Notes: a model not told the origin generated them from the letters alone. A DNA stretch of 64,000 nucleotides from Caldisericum sp. (GCA_020692945.1 JAIMJY010000001.1:1-64000), one strand, 5' to 3'. Positions 18,907 through 28,398 are shown, numbered from the stretch's first letter. Made by a program: numbers and translations.

Positions 18907-19991
18907 CATTTAAGACAAAACTAATTATTAGCTATATTTTTGTAGTACTAATTGCTACTGTTTTTCCGCTTATCGTAACAAGCATAATTGTTAGGGATAA
19001 GTTTGTTCAGATTGTAATAGGAGGAGGACCTGGCCCTGGTTTTTCAGTTTTGATACCAGAAAAAGGACTAAAGTTCCTTCAAACCGTCCGCAACACTCTT
19101 ATGATTTCTGGGCTTATTTCAATGGCAATTGGCGTAGTTACCGCTTTGTTCAACTCAAAAGTGATAACAAAACCATTAAAGGAAATGAGAAATTTTGCAA
19201 GAAAGATTTCTAACGGGGATTATTCAGCAAGAGTTGGTGTAAAAACACAAGATGAAATTGGAGAGCTTGCAGATTCACTAAACTACATGGCAGATAGATT
19301 AGACGACATAGAGAACATGAGGAAGACGCTTGTACAAAATGTTTCGCATGATCTTAGAACACCTCTTTCAAGCATAAAAGGACACCTGGAGCTCATTTCA
19401 GATAGCGATTTCGATGAAAAAGAAAAAGAGCATTCGCTTTCCGTCATTCACAAAGAAGTTGAGCGAATGGAAAAAATGGTCAACGAACTAGCACACCTTT
19501 CTACGATTGATAGCAAAAAATACGAACTCGAAATGAAAAAAATCGATATAAACACTGTTGTACAAGAAACACTTGAGCTTTTGAAAGTTGAAATAGAGAA
19601 AAAAGGGCTTGGATTAAAAGAAGCTTTAGGCAAAACACCAATCTACATAAACGGAGACCCTGGAAAAATCAAGGAAATATTAATGAACCTTATCAATAAC
19701 TCAATAAAATTCACTCAAGAAGGGTCCATTGGCGTTGCTGCCACCTCAACAAAAACATGTGCAGTTATTTCAATTGAGGACTCAGGAATTGGAGTTGATG
19801 AAAAGGATCTTCCGCATATCTTTGATAGATTTTACAGAGGCGAAAAATCGAGATCTTCAAATTTAGGCGGACTTGGCATAGGACTAACAATAGTTAAGGA
19901 ACTCGTTTATGCTCAAAATGGCAGGATTCAGATTGAAAGCCCCGGACGAAATGGGACCAAAGTTACAATAACATTCCCGCTCAGCGCCTAA
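18903..19991 (+). CDS. Two-component sensor histidine kinase (TM-HAMP-HisKA-HATPase)
   Basis: 362 aa with H-box (VSHDLRTPL), N, G1 (DSGIGV) and G2 (GGLGIGL) boxes; 4 nt overlap with the regulator. Confidence 0.88.
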   Translation: MTFKTKLIISYIFVVLIATVFPLIVTSIIVRDKFVQIVIGGGPGPGFSVLIPEKGLKFLQTVRNTLMISGLISMAIGVVTALFNSKVITKPLKEMRNFARKISNGDYSARVGVKTQDEIGELADSLNYMADRLDDIENMRKTLVQNVSHDLRTPLSSIKGHLELISDSDFDEKEKEHSLSVIHKEVERMEKMVNELAHLSTIDSKKYELEMKKIDINTVVQETLELLKVEIEKKGLGLKEALGKTPIYINGDPGKIKEILMNLINNSIKFTQEGSIGVAATSTKTCAVISIEDSGIGVDEKDLPHIFDRFYRGEKSRSSNLGGLGIGLTIVKELVYAQNGRIQIESPGRNGTKVTITFPLSA

Positions 19992-20350
19992 AGACACTTT
20001 TCAAAATTCTCAACGTAAGTAATCATCTCTTGAGCATAGGATTTCAAAAGAGAAGAATCTTCTTCGTTTATCCTATTTAAACTGTACTTAATTTTATTAA
20101 ACATGTTTGTGAGGAATTGGAAAAATAATTGGCTCAATCTCGGGAGCCTTTTTATCTAAAGAAGTTATGCTTCCAAAGCATGCCCTAAGTACCATGCTTC
20201 TTCCACAATCAACTATTAGTATCAATTTTGCGATTCACTCTAAAATATACTTACCAACTTACGGGAACTATCTATTTATCGTAACAATGGTAAGCGTTAT
20301 TGTTTTTGAAGTAATCGGAGCGCCACTTCTTAAATTCTCCCTGGTGAAAC

Positions 20351-21500
20351 TCAAACAAAGAGTATAAGTATGGATGCAATTACCGCAAGTATTCCACCGA
20401 AGTAGAAAGGAGTTTTAGGTGCAATATATTGATACAAGATTCCTGCAATAAATGATGCAGGGAAAGCCGTAATACTAACACCAAAGTTATAAATTCCGTA
20501 TGCAGTTCCTCTTGAATCATCGTCTTCAACAAGATCAGCGACAAAAGCTTTTTGTGCCCCTTCAGTAAACGCATAATAAATCGCGTATATTATAAAGAAA
20601 ATCCAAAGAAATGAGGAAATTTTTGTCAGAGCAAAACCAAGATATGAAAGTCCATACACTGTATAGCCAATGATAATTGTCTTCTTCCTTCCGATCTTAT
20701 CAGAAAGTGCCCCAAGTGGTGCAGAAAGAAGTCCATAAATAGTGGAGTGAAGAGCCCATAGAGCAAGGATAGTCGTGGCCAAAAGCCCTAGATTTTCTGC
20801 ATACATTGTTATAAAAGCATCGGAACTATTACCAAGCGTAAAAATAGTAACAACGGCAATAAAAAAATAGAAACGTTTGCCAAGGTCGAATTTAGATGAA
20901 CTTTTAGCCTTCTTTATTGTTTCTTTAAATTCATGCTCACGAACAAAAAGCATCAAAATTAGTGCAATAAAAGCAGGTATCAAGGCATATTTAAAAACTG
21001 CCTGGTAATTTGTCTTGCCAAGTTTATTAAGCACCCATATACCAAGCAGAGGGCCAACTGCAGCACCAAAGAGTATCAAGTGCTCTATGAAAACCAAAAT
21101 ACAGCCCTCTATTCGTTTCGTTTGTATAAGATGAAATCAGTGCATCTCTTGGTGCAGTCCTTATTCCCTTGCCTATTCTTTCAGTTACCCGGATAATTAG
21201 GATACCAAAAGGTGTTACCGTAAAAGGCAAAAAGATTTTTGTAAACGTTGACTCTGCGTATCCAAAGAAAGCAAGCCATTTTCTGTTTTTAAATTTATCT
21301 GAAAAATATCCAGAAACAATCTTTAAAGTCGAAGATGTTGTTTCTGCAAGCCCTTCAATAACTCCGATAAATGCTCCACCAGCCCCAATTGACTCAAGGA
21401 AATGCGGCAAAACCTTCGTTATCATTTCAGATGAAACATCTGTGAAGAAACTTACCAATCCGAGCAAAACGACATTTAGATTAATTTTTCTTTTCGTCAA
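20351..21500 (-). pseudogene. MFS transporter split by a single-base frameshift into an N-terminal ORF (21027-21500) and a C-terminal ORF (20351-21097)
   Basis: The two overlapping ORFs together give a roughly 400 aa, 12-TM MFS protein. The frames switch inside the sequence GATACTCTTTGGTGCTGCAGTTGG (plus strand about 21068-21078; the G/A run is given on the minus-strand coding sequence, so the plus-strand run is an A run). A one-base indel in that short homopolymer would restore ...ALDTL(x)GAAVGPLLG. Confidence 0.6.
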
Positions 21501-23430
21501 AGCCTCCTATATACTTATACCCTTTAAAGGCTTTTGCAAATTCTCTGAATTCAGGTGAAGCAAGTGTATCGATGAACAAACGCACACTTTTCTTTTGCAG
21601 CTCGCTTTTTAAAATCAACAAATCGTACTCTTCGTCTTTAACGCTCACGAAGTCCAAATCAAACATATCTGCAACATATCTTATACCCATGCCACAATCA
21701 GCACCCCCAAACTTAACTGCGTTGGCAATTCCAAGATGGGTATACTCTTCATACTCATACCCTGCAATATCCGATGCAGGTATTTTATTGCGTTTAAGTA
21801 AATAGTCAAACAATACTCTTGTACCAGACCCCTGTTGTCTGTTAACAAATTTAATTCCATTTCGTATAAGATCAGAAATGGACAAGATGTTTTTAGGATT
21901 ACCTCTCTTTAAAATCAAACCCTGGTCTCTTAGACTAAATTTAACAACAATAATATCTTTCGAAACGTACTTTTCTAAAAAAGGCTTATTGTAAGTGCCT
22001 GTCATGTCATCAAAGAGGTGCACAGATGAAATAGAGCACTCCCCTCTTTCTAAGGCAAGAAGCCCTCCAAAACTTCCAGTATTGATAACTCCAATCCTAA
22101 AATTAGTATTCCTTTTCGCAATGTAATCGACAAGCGCATCAAGCAGCGGGTCATTACTTCCGATAAAGAGCAGTTGGTTTTCAATATTTTGTTTGGACTC
22201 CAATAAATTTACTTTCACTTTAGACCCACTTTCGATACCTTCAACATGATTAGGAATAACAAAAATACCATCGGCATTGGTTACGCTTGTTAGTACTCCT
22301 GCGCCCTTCTTAAGTGGCACTGCAACTAATTTGCCACCGACATCGCCCAATCTCACCCTTATGTATTCCTCAACTCCAATCGAAGATGGAATAGGACGAA
22401 GAACAAAAGCCTCAACTTCCTCATTTGACCCTTTATCGTCAGTTAAGGTTCTAATTGCTTCCTCTAAAAATATTCTGGTATCCAGGTAGCAGGATACTGG
22501 AAATCCAGGCATTCCAATGAGAGGCTTATTATGAGAAACAGCGAGAACAAATGGCTTGCCTGGTTGAATAGAAAGTCCATGTATTAAAACTTCACCGACT
22601 ATTGCAAAAATTTTTGAAACAAGGTCTTTATTTCCCTTAGCCGAGCCTCCAACAACAACAATAAAATCGGCATTACTTACATTTGATAAAATAGCTTTTG
22701 AAATTAACTCTTCATTATTAGGAAGAATTTCCGTAATGTAAGCCGCTCCTCCTGCCCCCTCTACAATATTTTTAATCATATAGGAGTTGGTATCAACGAT
22801 ATCGGGAACTGCAAGCTTCTCAAAGGGGGCTTTTATTTCCTCTCCCGTGGGAATAATACAAACTACTGGCCTTCGTTTTACAAAAACACTTTTAACTCCA
22901 CTTGCTATCATTACGGCTATATGCTCTGCCCGAATCTTTTGGTTTGGATGAATTAAAATATCGCCAACCGAAAAATCGTCACCTATCATTCGTACATTCT
23001 TGTATGCTGAAACTGGAAATGGTACTTTTATTCCTTTGTAATCCGCGCTCTTCTTCAGCGGATTTATTGACTTCATTGATAACTCTACATCCTCTATCAT
23101 GACAACGCCGTCAAAACCTTTAGGAATTGGGTCTCCTGTATTAACGGGAATAGCATCATTTGACAAAAATAATTCCTTAGGGTTTTTGATGTTCGCATCG
23201 GCTGTTTTGGAAGAGTGAATTGCAAATCCATCAACCGCAGAGGCATTGTAAGCTGGGGAACAAAGTTTTGCAACAACAGGGTCAGCAACAACTCTCCCAA
23301 GAGATTCAAAGGTTGAAACTTCTTCGTTGCTCAGAGGATACGCTTTTACTGCTTCTTTAACAACTTTATTCCAAATTTCGAGAGCTTCGTCTAAAGTACG
23401 TTTTTTGAGGAAAATTTCTCTTTCTACCAT
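21481..23430 (-). CDS. moeA: MoeA-like molybdopterin molybdenum/tungsten transferase fused to a C-terminal periplasmic-binding-protein-like (molybdate/tungstate-binding-like) domain
   Basis: 649 aa. N-terminal MoeA domains (MoCF biosynthesis GSAKG-like block, VVVGG) and a PBP-like roughly 230 aa C-terminus. Contains an in-frame repeat-derived insert SINPLKKSADYKGIK. Confidence 0.8.
   Translation of the reverse strand: MVEREIFLKKRTLDEALEIWNKVVKEAVKAYPLSNEEVSTFESLGRVVADPVVAKLCSPAYNASAVDGFAIHSSKTADANIKNPKELFLSNDAIPVNTGDPIPKGFDGVVMIEDVELSMKSINPLKKSADYKGIKVPFPVSAYKNVRMIGDDFSVGDILIHPNQKIRAEHIAVMIASGVKSVFVKRRPVVCIIPTGEEIKAPFEKLAVPDIVDTNSYMIKNIVEGAGGAAYITEILPNNEELISKAILSNVSNADFIVVVGGSAKGNKDLVSKIFAIVGEVLIHGLSIQPGKPFVLAVSHNKPLIGMPGFPVSCYLDTRIFLEEAIRTLTDDKGSNEEVEAFVLRPIPSSIGVEEYIRVRLGDVGGKLVAVPLKKGAGVLTSVTNADGIFVIPNHVEGIESGSKVKVNLLESKQNIENQLLFIGSNDPLLDALVDYIAKRNTNFRIGVINTGSFGGLLALERGECSISSVHLFDDMTGTYNKPFLEKYVSKDIIVVKFSLRDQGLILKRGNPKNILSISDLIRNGIKFVNRQQGSGTRVLFDYLLKRNKIPASDIAGYEYEEYTHLGIANAVKFGGADCGMGIRYVADMFDLDFVSVKDEEYDLLILKSELQKKSVRLFIDTLASPEFREFAKAFKGYKYIGGFDEKKN
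23031..23068 (-). repeat. Dispersed hairpin repeat unit inserted in frame inside the moeA-PBP CDS
   Basis: Reverse complement reads AATCCGC-TGAAGAAGAGC-GCGGATT-ACAAAGGAA and is translated as INPLKKSADYKG inside a loop of the MoeA N-terminal domain. Confidence 0.8.
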
Positions 23431-24647
23431 ATCTCAAATTTCACCTTTTCTCCTTTATACAACCCTTCTTTGTTTTGAGGAATAACGAAAAACCCATTTC
23501 CTTTTTGCAAAGTGGTTACAAAAGCTGACTCAGAAAAAATTGGTTGAATAATATTTCTATCGCTATCCACTGACAAGAATCCAATAACAATTTCGCTTCG
23601 TCCTTTCTTAGACGGGACGTTTTCTGTAAGTTCTCCAATTACAGAGATCCTATCAGAAACTAAAGACAACTTTTTCATTATCAGATCTTTAACAATGATA
23701 AGGTATATCAAAGTAGCAGCTAACGGATTACCAGATAATCCTGCAATGAGTTTGCCTTGCACCACTCCAAAGACAGAAGGCTTTCCCGGGGAAACATTGA
23801 GGCCGTGAATCAATACGCCAGGTGAACCCATTTTATTGATCACTGACACAGTAAAATCAAAATTGCCTTTGCTCGTTCCTCCGCTCATAACAACTACGTT
23901 ATTTTCTGATAATGCCCGCTTCAAGTTTAATTCCAAAATATCTGGGTCATCTTTCAAAATGCCATAGTCTGTTGGGGTGAACCCGTCTTTAAGCATTTGG
24001 CTCATTAGAGAAATTCTGTTGTAATCGTATATTTTACCTATGGGCAATGGGTACTGGTCTGATAGTTCATCGCCAGTTGAGAACAATCCAATCTTTACAG
24101 GCTTAAAGACCTTAATAAGCTTAATTCCTGCACTTTTTAGTACTCCTATAGAGCGTGGAGTGATTCTTTCACCTTTTTTCAAAACCAATTCACCATATTT
24201 AACGTCAACCCCAGTTCGCAAAACATTTTTATTCGGCGCAACGTCTTTCATCACAAAAAGCGAATTGTTTAAAGAATCCGTATATTCAATCATGACGACG
24301 CAATCTGCGCCTTCTGGCAGATAGCCGCCGGTTGGTACAAATACTGCAGTCCCCTTTTCTAATAGTACATCTGGTTTCGTACCTATTTTTACTTCTTTGA
24401 GCACTGAAAGCATTGCAGGGTTAGAAGCATTTGCACCTTTGATGTCTGAGGATCTCACGGCAAAACCATCAACAAGAGATTTGTCGAAAGGTGGGATATC
24501 AAGTATTGAGGAAATGTCCTCTGCTAAAAAATATCCTGAGGAATAATTGACGGGAATACTTTTAAAAAGGGGTTCAATTGAAAAGGAATCCAAAAGTTTA
24601 TCTTGAACTTCGCCAACTTGAACTACCTTGAGGAATTTTTTGCCCAC
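23424..24647 (-). CDS. moeA: Molybdopterin molybdenumtransferase MoeA (second paralogue)
   Basis: 407 aa canonical MoeA domain organisation (GGTSKG-like motif GGTSKGNFD). Confidence 0.85.
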   Translation of the reverse strand: MGKKFLKVVQVGEVQDKLLDSFSIEPLFKSIPVNYSSGYFLAEDISSILDIPPFDKSLVDGFAVRSSDIKGANASNPAMLSVLKEVKIGTKPDVLLEKGTAVFVPTGGYLPEGADCVVMIEYTDSLNNSLFVMKDVAPNKNVLRTGVDVKYGELVLKKGERITPRSIGVLKSAGIKLIKVFKPVKIGLFSTGDELSDQYPLPIGKIYDYNRISLMSQMLKDGFTPTDYGILKDDPDILELNLKRALSENNVVVMSGGTSKGNFDFTVSVINKMGSPGVLIHGLNVSPGKPSVFGVVQGKLIAGLSGNPLAATLIYLIIVKDLIMKKLSLVSDRISVIGELTENVPSKKGRSEIVIGFLSVDSDRNIIQPIFSESAFVTTLQKGNGFFVIPQNKEGLYKGEKVKFEIW

Positions 24648-25558
24648 GATAATAAATCCTCAATTACGTTTTCAATTTTTTGGTTAATTGAAAGGTCTGC
24701 CTTTGAAAAAATTGGAGCGTTTGGATCTGCATTAAAAGCAATTATATGCTTTGCATGAACTGCATCAATGTGCTGGATAGCACCAGAGATTCCAAAAGCA
24801 ATGTACAGTTCTGGATTAATAGATAGCCCGGTGTCACCCACTATCCGATTAGCATCGATCAGTCCTCTATCGCCAACAGGCCGTGTGCAGCAAATTTCAG
24901 CACCAATAGATGATGCAAATTCTTTTATCTTGGGGATCAACGATTCTTTGACTCCCCTTCCAACACCCACAACAACTTTAGATTCAATAAGTGGATTATT
25001 TTCCAGGCATTCGCTTGAAATACAATCGAGTGAATGAGTTTTAGTCACCTGAATGACTTCGCAAATTCCTTTGGAATCCGCACTCTTTTTCAGCGGACTT
25101 ATTTTTGATTTTGTTTCTTTGTAATTGTTGCCCTTTTTCAAACGATTATAAGGAAAGCATTTCTTGTCGTCCTTTAAAATTAGAAGCGCTGGCTTTTTTT
25201 GAGAGAAAACTTCTGCAACAAAATTTTCCCAGCCGTAAACAAGTCCAATAATTTTACCATCCTCAAACTTGATTTCTTTGCTGTGAGCAATAAGCCCGAG
25301 AGCATTCTTACCTGCAAAATAGGATGCAGTTTCTTTTACAACTGTTTCATCTGAAAAGATTATCGCGTCAAAATCCATAATCCCTGGTATATTCGAGATG
25401 AAATCTGTTCCAATGAGAGGGTCGTTTATAGCCAGGGAAGGAATAAAATCTGCACTACCTTCTTCACTTGAAAAGCTTGCAGAAAACACTTCGGGGAACA
25501 TTCCACGAAGCTTGGAAATGATACCGTTATCTTCTTTAAAAATTCCCAATATCTTCAT
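24623..25558 (-). CDS. etfA: Electron transfer flavoprotein alpha subunit (FixB-like)
   Basis: 311 aa with C-terminal FAD-binding domain motifs (YIAFGISGAIQHIDAVHAKHIIAFN). The interdomain linker carries two in-frame repeat units. Confidence 0.85.
   Translation of the reverse strand: MKILGIFKEDNGIISKLRGMFPEVFSASFSSEEGSADFIPSLAINDPLIGTDFISNIPGIMDFDAIIFSDETVVKETASYFAGKNALGLIAHSKEIKFEDGKIIGLVYGWENFVAEVFSQKKPALLILKDDKKCFPYNRLKKGNNYKETKSKISPLKKSADSKGICEVIQVTKTHSLDCISSECLENNPLIESKVVVGVGRGVKESLIPKIKEFASSIGAEICCTRPVGDRGLIDANRIVGDTGLSINPELYIAFGISGAIQHIDAVHAKHIIAFNADPNAPIFSKADLSINQKIENVIEDLLSWAKNSSR
25066..25150 (-). repeat. Two tandem dispersed-repeat units in frame within etfA
   Basis: Units AAGTCCGC-TGAAAAAGAGT-GCGGATT-CCAAAGGAA and AATCGTT-TGAAAAAGGGC-AACAATT-ACAAAGAAA, translated as NRLKKGNNYKETKSK-ISPLKKSADSKGI. 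Confidence 0.8.
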
Positions 25559-26334
25559 ATCGCAACACCTGAGTTCTTAATAAAATCGTTAAAGGCATCA
25601 AGCCAATTTTCTCTGATAGACTCTCTTTGTTTATTGGCTTCAATGTTAAAAACCCTCTTTACAAACGTTTTAGAAAACTTTGAACCAGAAAAATCTTCTG
25701 GCAATTTTAGATTCTTTGTGTCAAGAGTTTCGACTTCTTTTTCTTTAGAATGCAAGATTGAGTACAAATTTGGCGAAACACCCGTGTTGGTCGAGGCATC
25801 GAAAGTCAAAAGTGTCGGAGACTTTACTGTGAATGTCTCTATGGTTTTTTGAGAAGCGATTTTTTTAATAGTAAGCAAGGACGGCTCCTGAACGGTCAAC
25901 TCTTTAACAGAAGTTAAAAATGGAATACTCAATAATGATGCAAGTTCGCCTCCAAGCTGCCCGGTCAAGCCATCTGGGGAGTAATTCCCTGCGAGGATAA
26001 GATTATAATCGCCTTGAAATGTTTTAATGGCCTTCGCTAGTATAAAGGCTGTTGCATAAACATCTGAACCTGCAAACGCCAAATCACTTAAATGGATTAC
26101 TCTGTCAACTTCATAATTGAAGAGTTTTTGAAGGATTTCTCTCTCTTTTTGAGGTGCCATCGAAATAACAGTAATGCTTACGTTTTGATTACTCCTTTTT
26201 ATTTTGATTGCCTCTCGCAGGGCAATGATGTCTAATGGGTTAAAGAGAGATTCTCCAATGCGTTTTATCCGAAGTGATTCCGAATCAAAAACAATCTTCT
26301 CTGGAACAACCTTCACTAAAACAACGATTTTCAA
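25555..26334 (-). CDS. etfB: Electron transfer flavoprotein beta subunit (FixA-like)
   Basis: 259 aa, EtfB family, 4 nt overlap with etfA. Confidence 0.85.
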   Translation of the reverse strand: MKIVVLVKVVPEKIVFDSESLRIKRIGESLFNPLDIIALREAIKIKRSNQNVSITVISMAPQKEREILQKLFNYEVDRVIHLSDLAFAGSDVYATAFILAKAIKTFQGDYNLILAGNYSPDGLTGQLGGELASLLSIPFLTSVKELTVQEPSLLTIKKIASQKTIETFTVKSPTLLTFDASTNTGVSPNLYSILHSKEKEVETLDTKNLKLPEDFSGSKFSKTFVKRVFNIEANKQRESIRENWLDAFNDFIKNSGVAI

Positions 26335-27254
26335 AGCTTACCTCCTAATTTTTCACCATGCTTTAGTCGATACCCGTTGATGAAATCTTGTGCTGACATC
26401 TTACGTTTCCCCTCAGGAATTATTTCAGTAATCTTTAAAGAGCCTTTGCCGCACTGAACAGAAAATCCGCTCTTTTCAACTGAACAGACAATTCCAGGTG
26501 AACACCCAAATTCTCTTTCATCAATTACTGCACTTACTATTTTAAGAATACGGCCTTTTAGTAAAGTATACGCAAGGGGTTTTGGATTTAATGCCCTGAT
26601 CGTATTGTAAATAGTATAATTATCCTTTTCCCAATTGATGATTTCGTCAGTTTTATATATCTTTTTGGCATAATTAGAAATTCCTTTCTGCGAATTTCCT
26701 TTACAATTTTCATTTTCAATAAGTTCCAGAGCCTTTTTAAGGAGCGGAACGCCAATCCTATATATTTTCTGCTCGACATCACCTTTAGTATCACTGGTCA
26801 ATATTTTAAAAGGCTCCTGTAGAATAATATCGCCGCTGTCAAGAACTTCGCTAATTTTCATTATAGTCACGGCGGACTCAACAAATCCATCTATTATCTG
26901 TCTTTCTATTGGGGAAGCCCCTCTATAAAGGGGTAACTTTGAGGGATGCAAATTGATTGAGCACCTAACAATCTCAAGAATCTTTTTAGGTATCATTTTC
27001 CCATAAGAAACTACCACGAAGGCATCTGGAGCAAGCGAGCGAATAAAACTCTCTTCCTTTTCGGTAAATTTCAGACATTCAAGTACTCGAATGGAATTAG
27101 CAATTGCGTATTGTTTGACAGGATTTGCAGATGCTTTGTTTCCTCTCCCGCGAATTTTATCAGGAGTCGTAACGACTAGAGTAACGCCACCCTTTAAAGA
27201 CTCAAGAAAAGGCAGAGAAAAATAGGAAGACCCAAAAAAAACTATTCTTATCAT
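26331..27254 (-). CDS. fmt: Methionyl-tRNA formyltransferase
   Basis: 307 aa with formyltransferase N-domain (SINLHPSKLPLYRG) and Fmt C-terminal domain. Confidence 0.9.
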   Translation of the reverse strand: MIRIVFFGSSYFSLPFLESLKGGVTLVVTTPDKIRGRGNKASANPVKQYAIANSIRVLECLKFTEKEESFIRSLAPDAFVVVSYGKMIPKKILEIVRCSINLHPSKLPLYRGASPIERQIIDGFVESAVTIMKISEVLDSGDIILQEPFKILTSDTKGDVEQKIYRIGVPLLKKALELIENENCKGNSQKGISNYAKKIYKTDEIINWEKDNYTIYNTIRALNPKPLAYTLLKGRILKIVSAVIDEREFGCSPGIVCSVEKSGFSVQCGKGSLKITEIIPEGKRKMSAQDFINGYRLKHGEKLGGKL

Positions 27255-27754
27255 TTGACCAACTTATCAATTAACTCTTCTGGAACTTCATATCCCTCTT
27301 CAACGGACAGCACCTCAAGTTCGTTTATGTAATCAGTAAAGATGATGCCATTAAGATGGTCGATTTCATGCTGGAAAACTCTCGCCTTAATCCCCAATAA
27401 TTCTGTTTCAAAACGACGTCCTTTTAAGTCAATGCCTTTAACTAATATTTTTTCAGCACGTTCGATAGGAGCATAGATACCTGGTACAGAGAGACAACCC
27501 TCTTCACCTAACTCCTGCCCACTTCTTTCAATGATTTCTGGGTTGATTATCGCTCCAGAGTCATCCTCAAGCTTGTAAATAAATATCGCAATAGGTACCC
27601 CAACCTGTATTGCTGCAAGCCCAATACCTTTAGGGGTGGTCTGCTCCATTGTATCAAACATATCCTTAACGATTTGAAGAGTTTCTTTGTCAATATTCCT
27701 GACTTTCTTAGACTTTTTTCTTAGCACAGGATTTCCATACGTATAAATTTTCAT
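27251..27754 (-). CDS. def: Peptide deformylase
   Basis: 167 aa with GIGLAAIQVG, EGCLSVPG and HEIDHLNG motifs. Confidence 0.93.
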   Translation of the reverse strand: MKIYTYGNPVLRKKSKKVRNIDKETLQIVKDMFDTMEQTTPKGIGLAAIQVGVPIAIFIYKLEDDSGAIINPEIIERSGQELGEEGCLSVPGIYAPIERAEKILVKGIDLKGRRFETELLGIKARVFQHEIDHLNGIIFTDYINELEVLSVEEGYEVPEELIDKLVK

Positions 27755-27759
27755 ATTTT

Positions 27760-28398
27760 TTACTCCTTAGTGACCTTTATTTCTCTTAATGGATTTACGC
27801 TCCCTTCTCTTAGAAGTTTTGGTTTGCTTCCAGTACAATCAACTACCGTTGAGGACAAGCCGCTCATTTGTATATTATAATCGCAAAGACGGCGATTGCA
27901 AAGGAGTAAATCAAAATCTACGAAAAAGACTTTATCTCCAAAAAATCTATTAACTTCTTCCTTTGTAAGCATTGGCTGCTCGCCCGAAATGTTTGCGCTT
28001 GTATTCAAAAGAGGAATACCAATGTAGGCAAGGAATTCATTGAGCGGCCTTGAATTGGCAATTCGTACTCCGATGGTATCACCAATGGTGTTGGGGGAGG
28101 TAAATAATTTGTGGCTTGAGTAAAAAATAAGAGTCAATCCGCCCGGAAAATGTTTTTTCATAAGGTCATAAGCGTAATAAGGGATAGCACGTGCGTACTC
28201 AAATATTTGTGCTATTGAGTAGGCAAGCATGTATAATGGCTTATCAAACGATCTCTTTTTCAATTTAAAAAGATTGCTAACAGCAATGCTATCTCTTCCG
28301 TCAACCCCAATTCCCATTACCGTGTCAGTCTTAAAAGCAATTATGCCATGCAAATCAAGGTTTTTTTTTGCTTCTTTGAAAAAATCTATTTTTTCCAT
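27760..28398 (-). CDS. tsaC: L-threonylcarbamoyladenylate synthase (YrdC/Sua5 family)
   Basis: 212 aa YrdC-domain protein. The C-terminus may carry a degenerate in-frame repeat copy. Confidence 0.8.
   Translation of the reverse strand: MEKIDFFKEAKKNLDLHGIIAFKTDTVMGIGVDGRDSIAVSNLFKLKKRSFDKPLYMLAYSIAQIFEYARAIPYYAYDLMKKHFPGGLTLIFYSSHKLFTSPNTIGDTIGVRIANSRPLNEFLAYIGIPLLNTSANISGEQPMLTKEEVNRFFGDKVFFVDFDLLLCNRRLCDYNIQMSGLSSTVVDCTGSKPKLLREGSVNPLREIKVTKE
27879..27912 (-). repeat. Possible degenerate copy of the dispersed repeat (short loop) inside tsaC
   Basis: AATCGC-AAAGACG-GCGATT-GCAAAGGAGTAAATC; translated LLLCNRRLCDYN between the conserved DGG and STVVD blocks of YrdC. Confidence 0.35.

Noticed and set aside
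20040-20160. 38-codon minus-strand ORF (MFNKIKYSLNRINEEDSSLLKSYAQEMITYVENFEKCL) and 66-codon ORF 20167-20367 between the histidine kinase and the MFS pseudogene
   Set aside because: They are too short, and there are no supporting motifs or RBS. They could be gene remnants, but nothing in the sequence identifies them.
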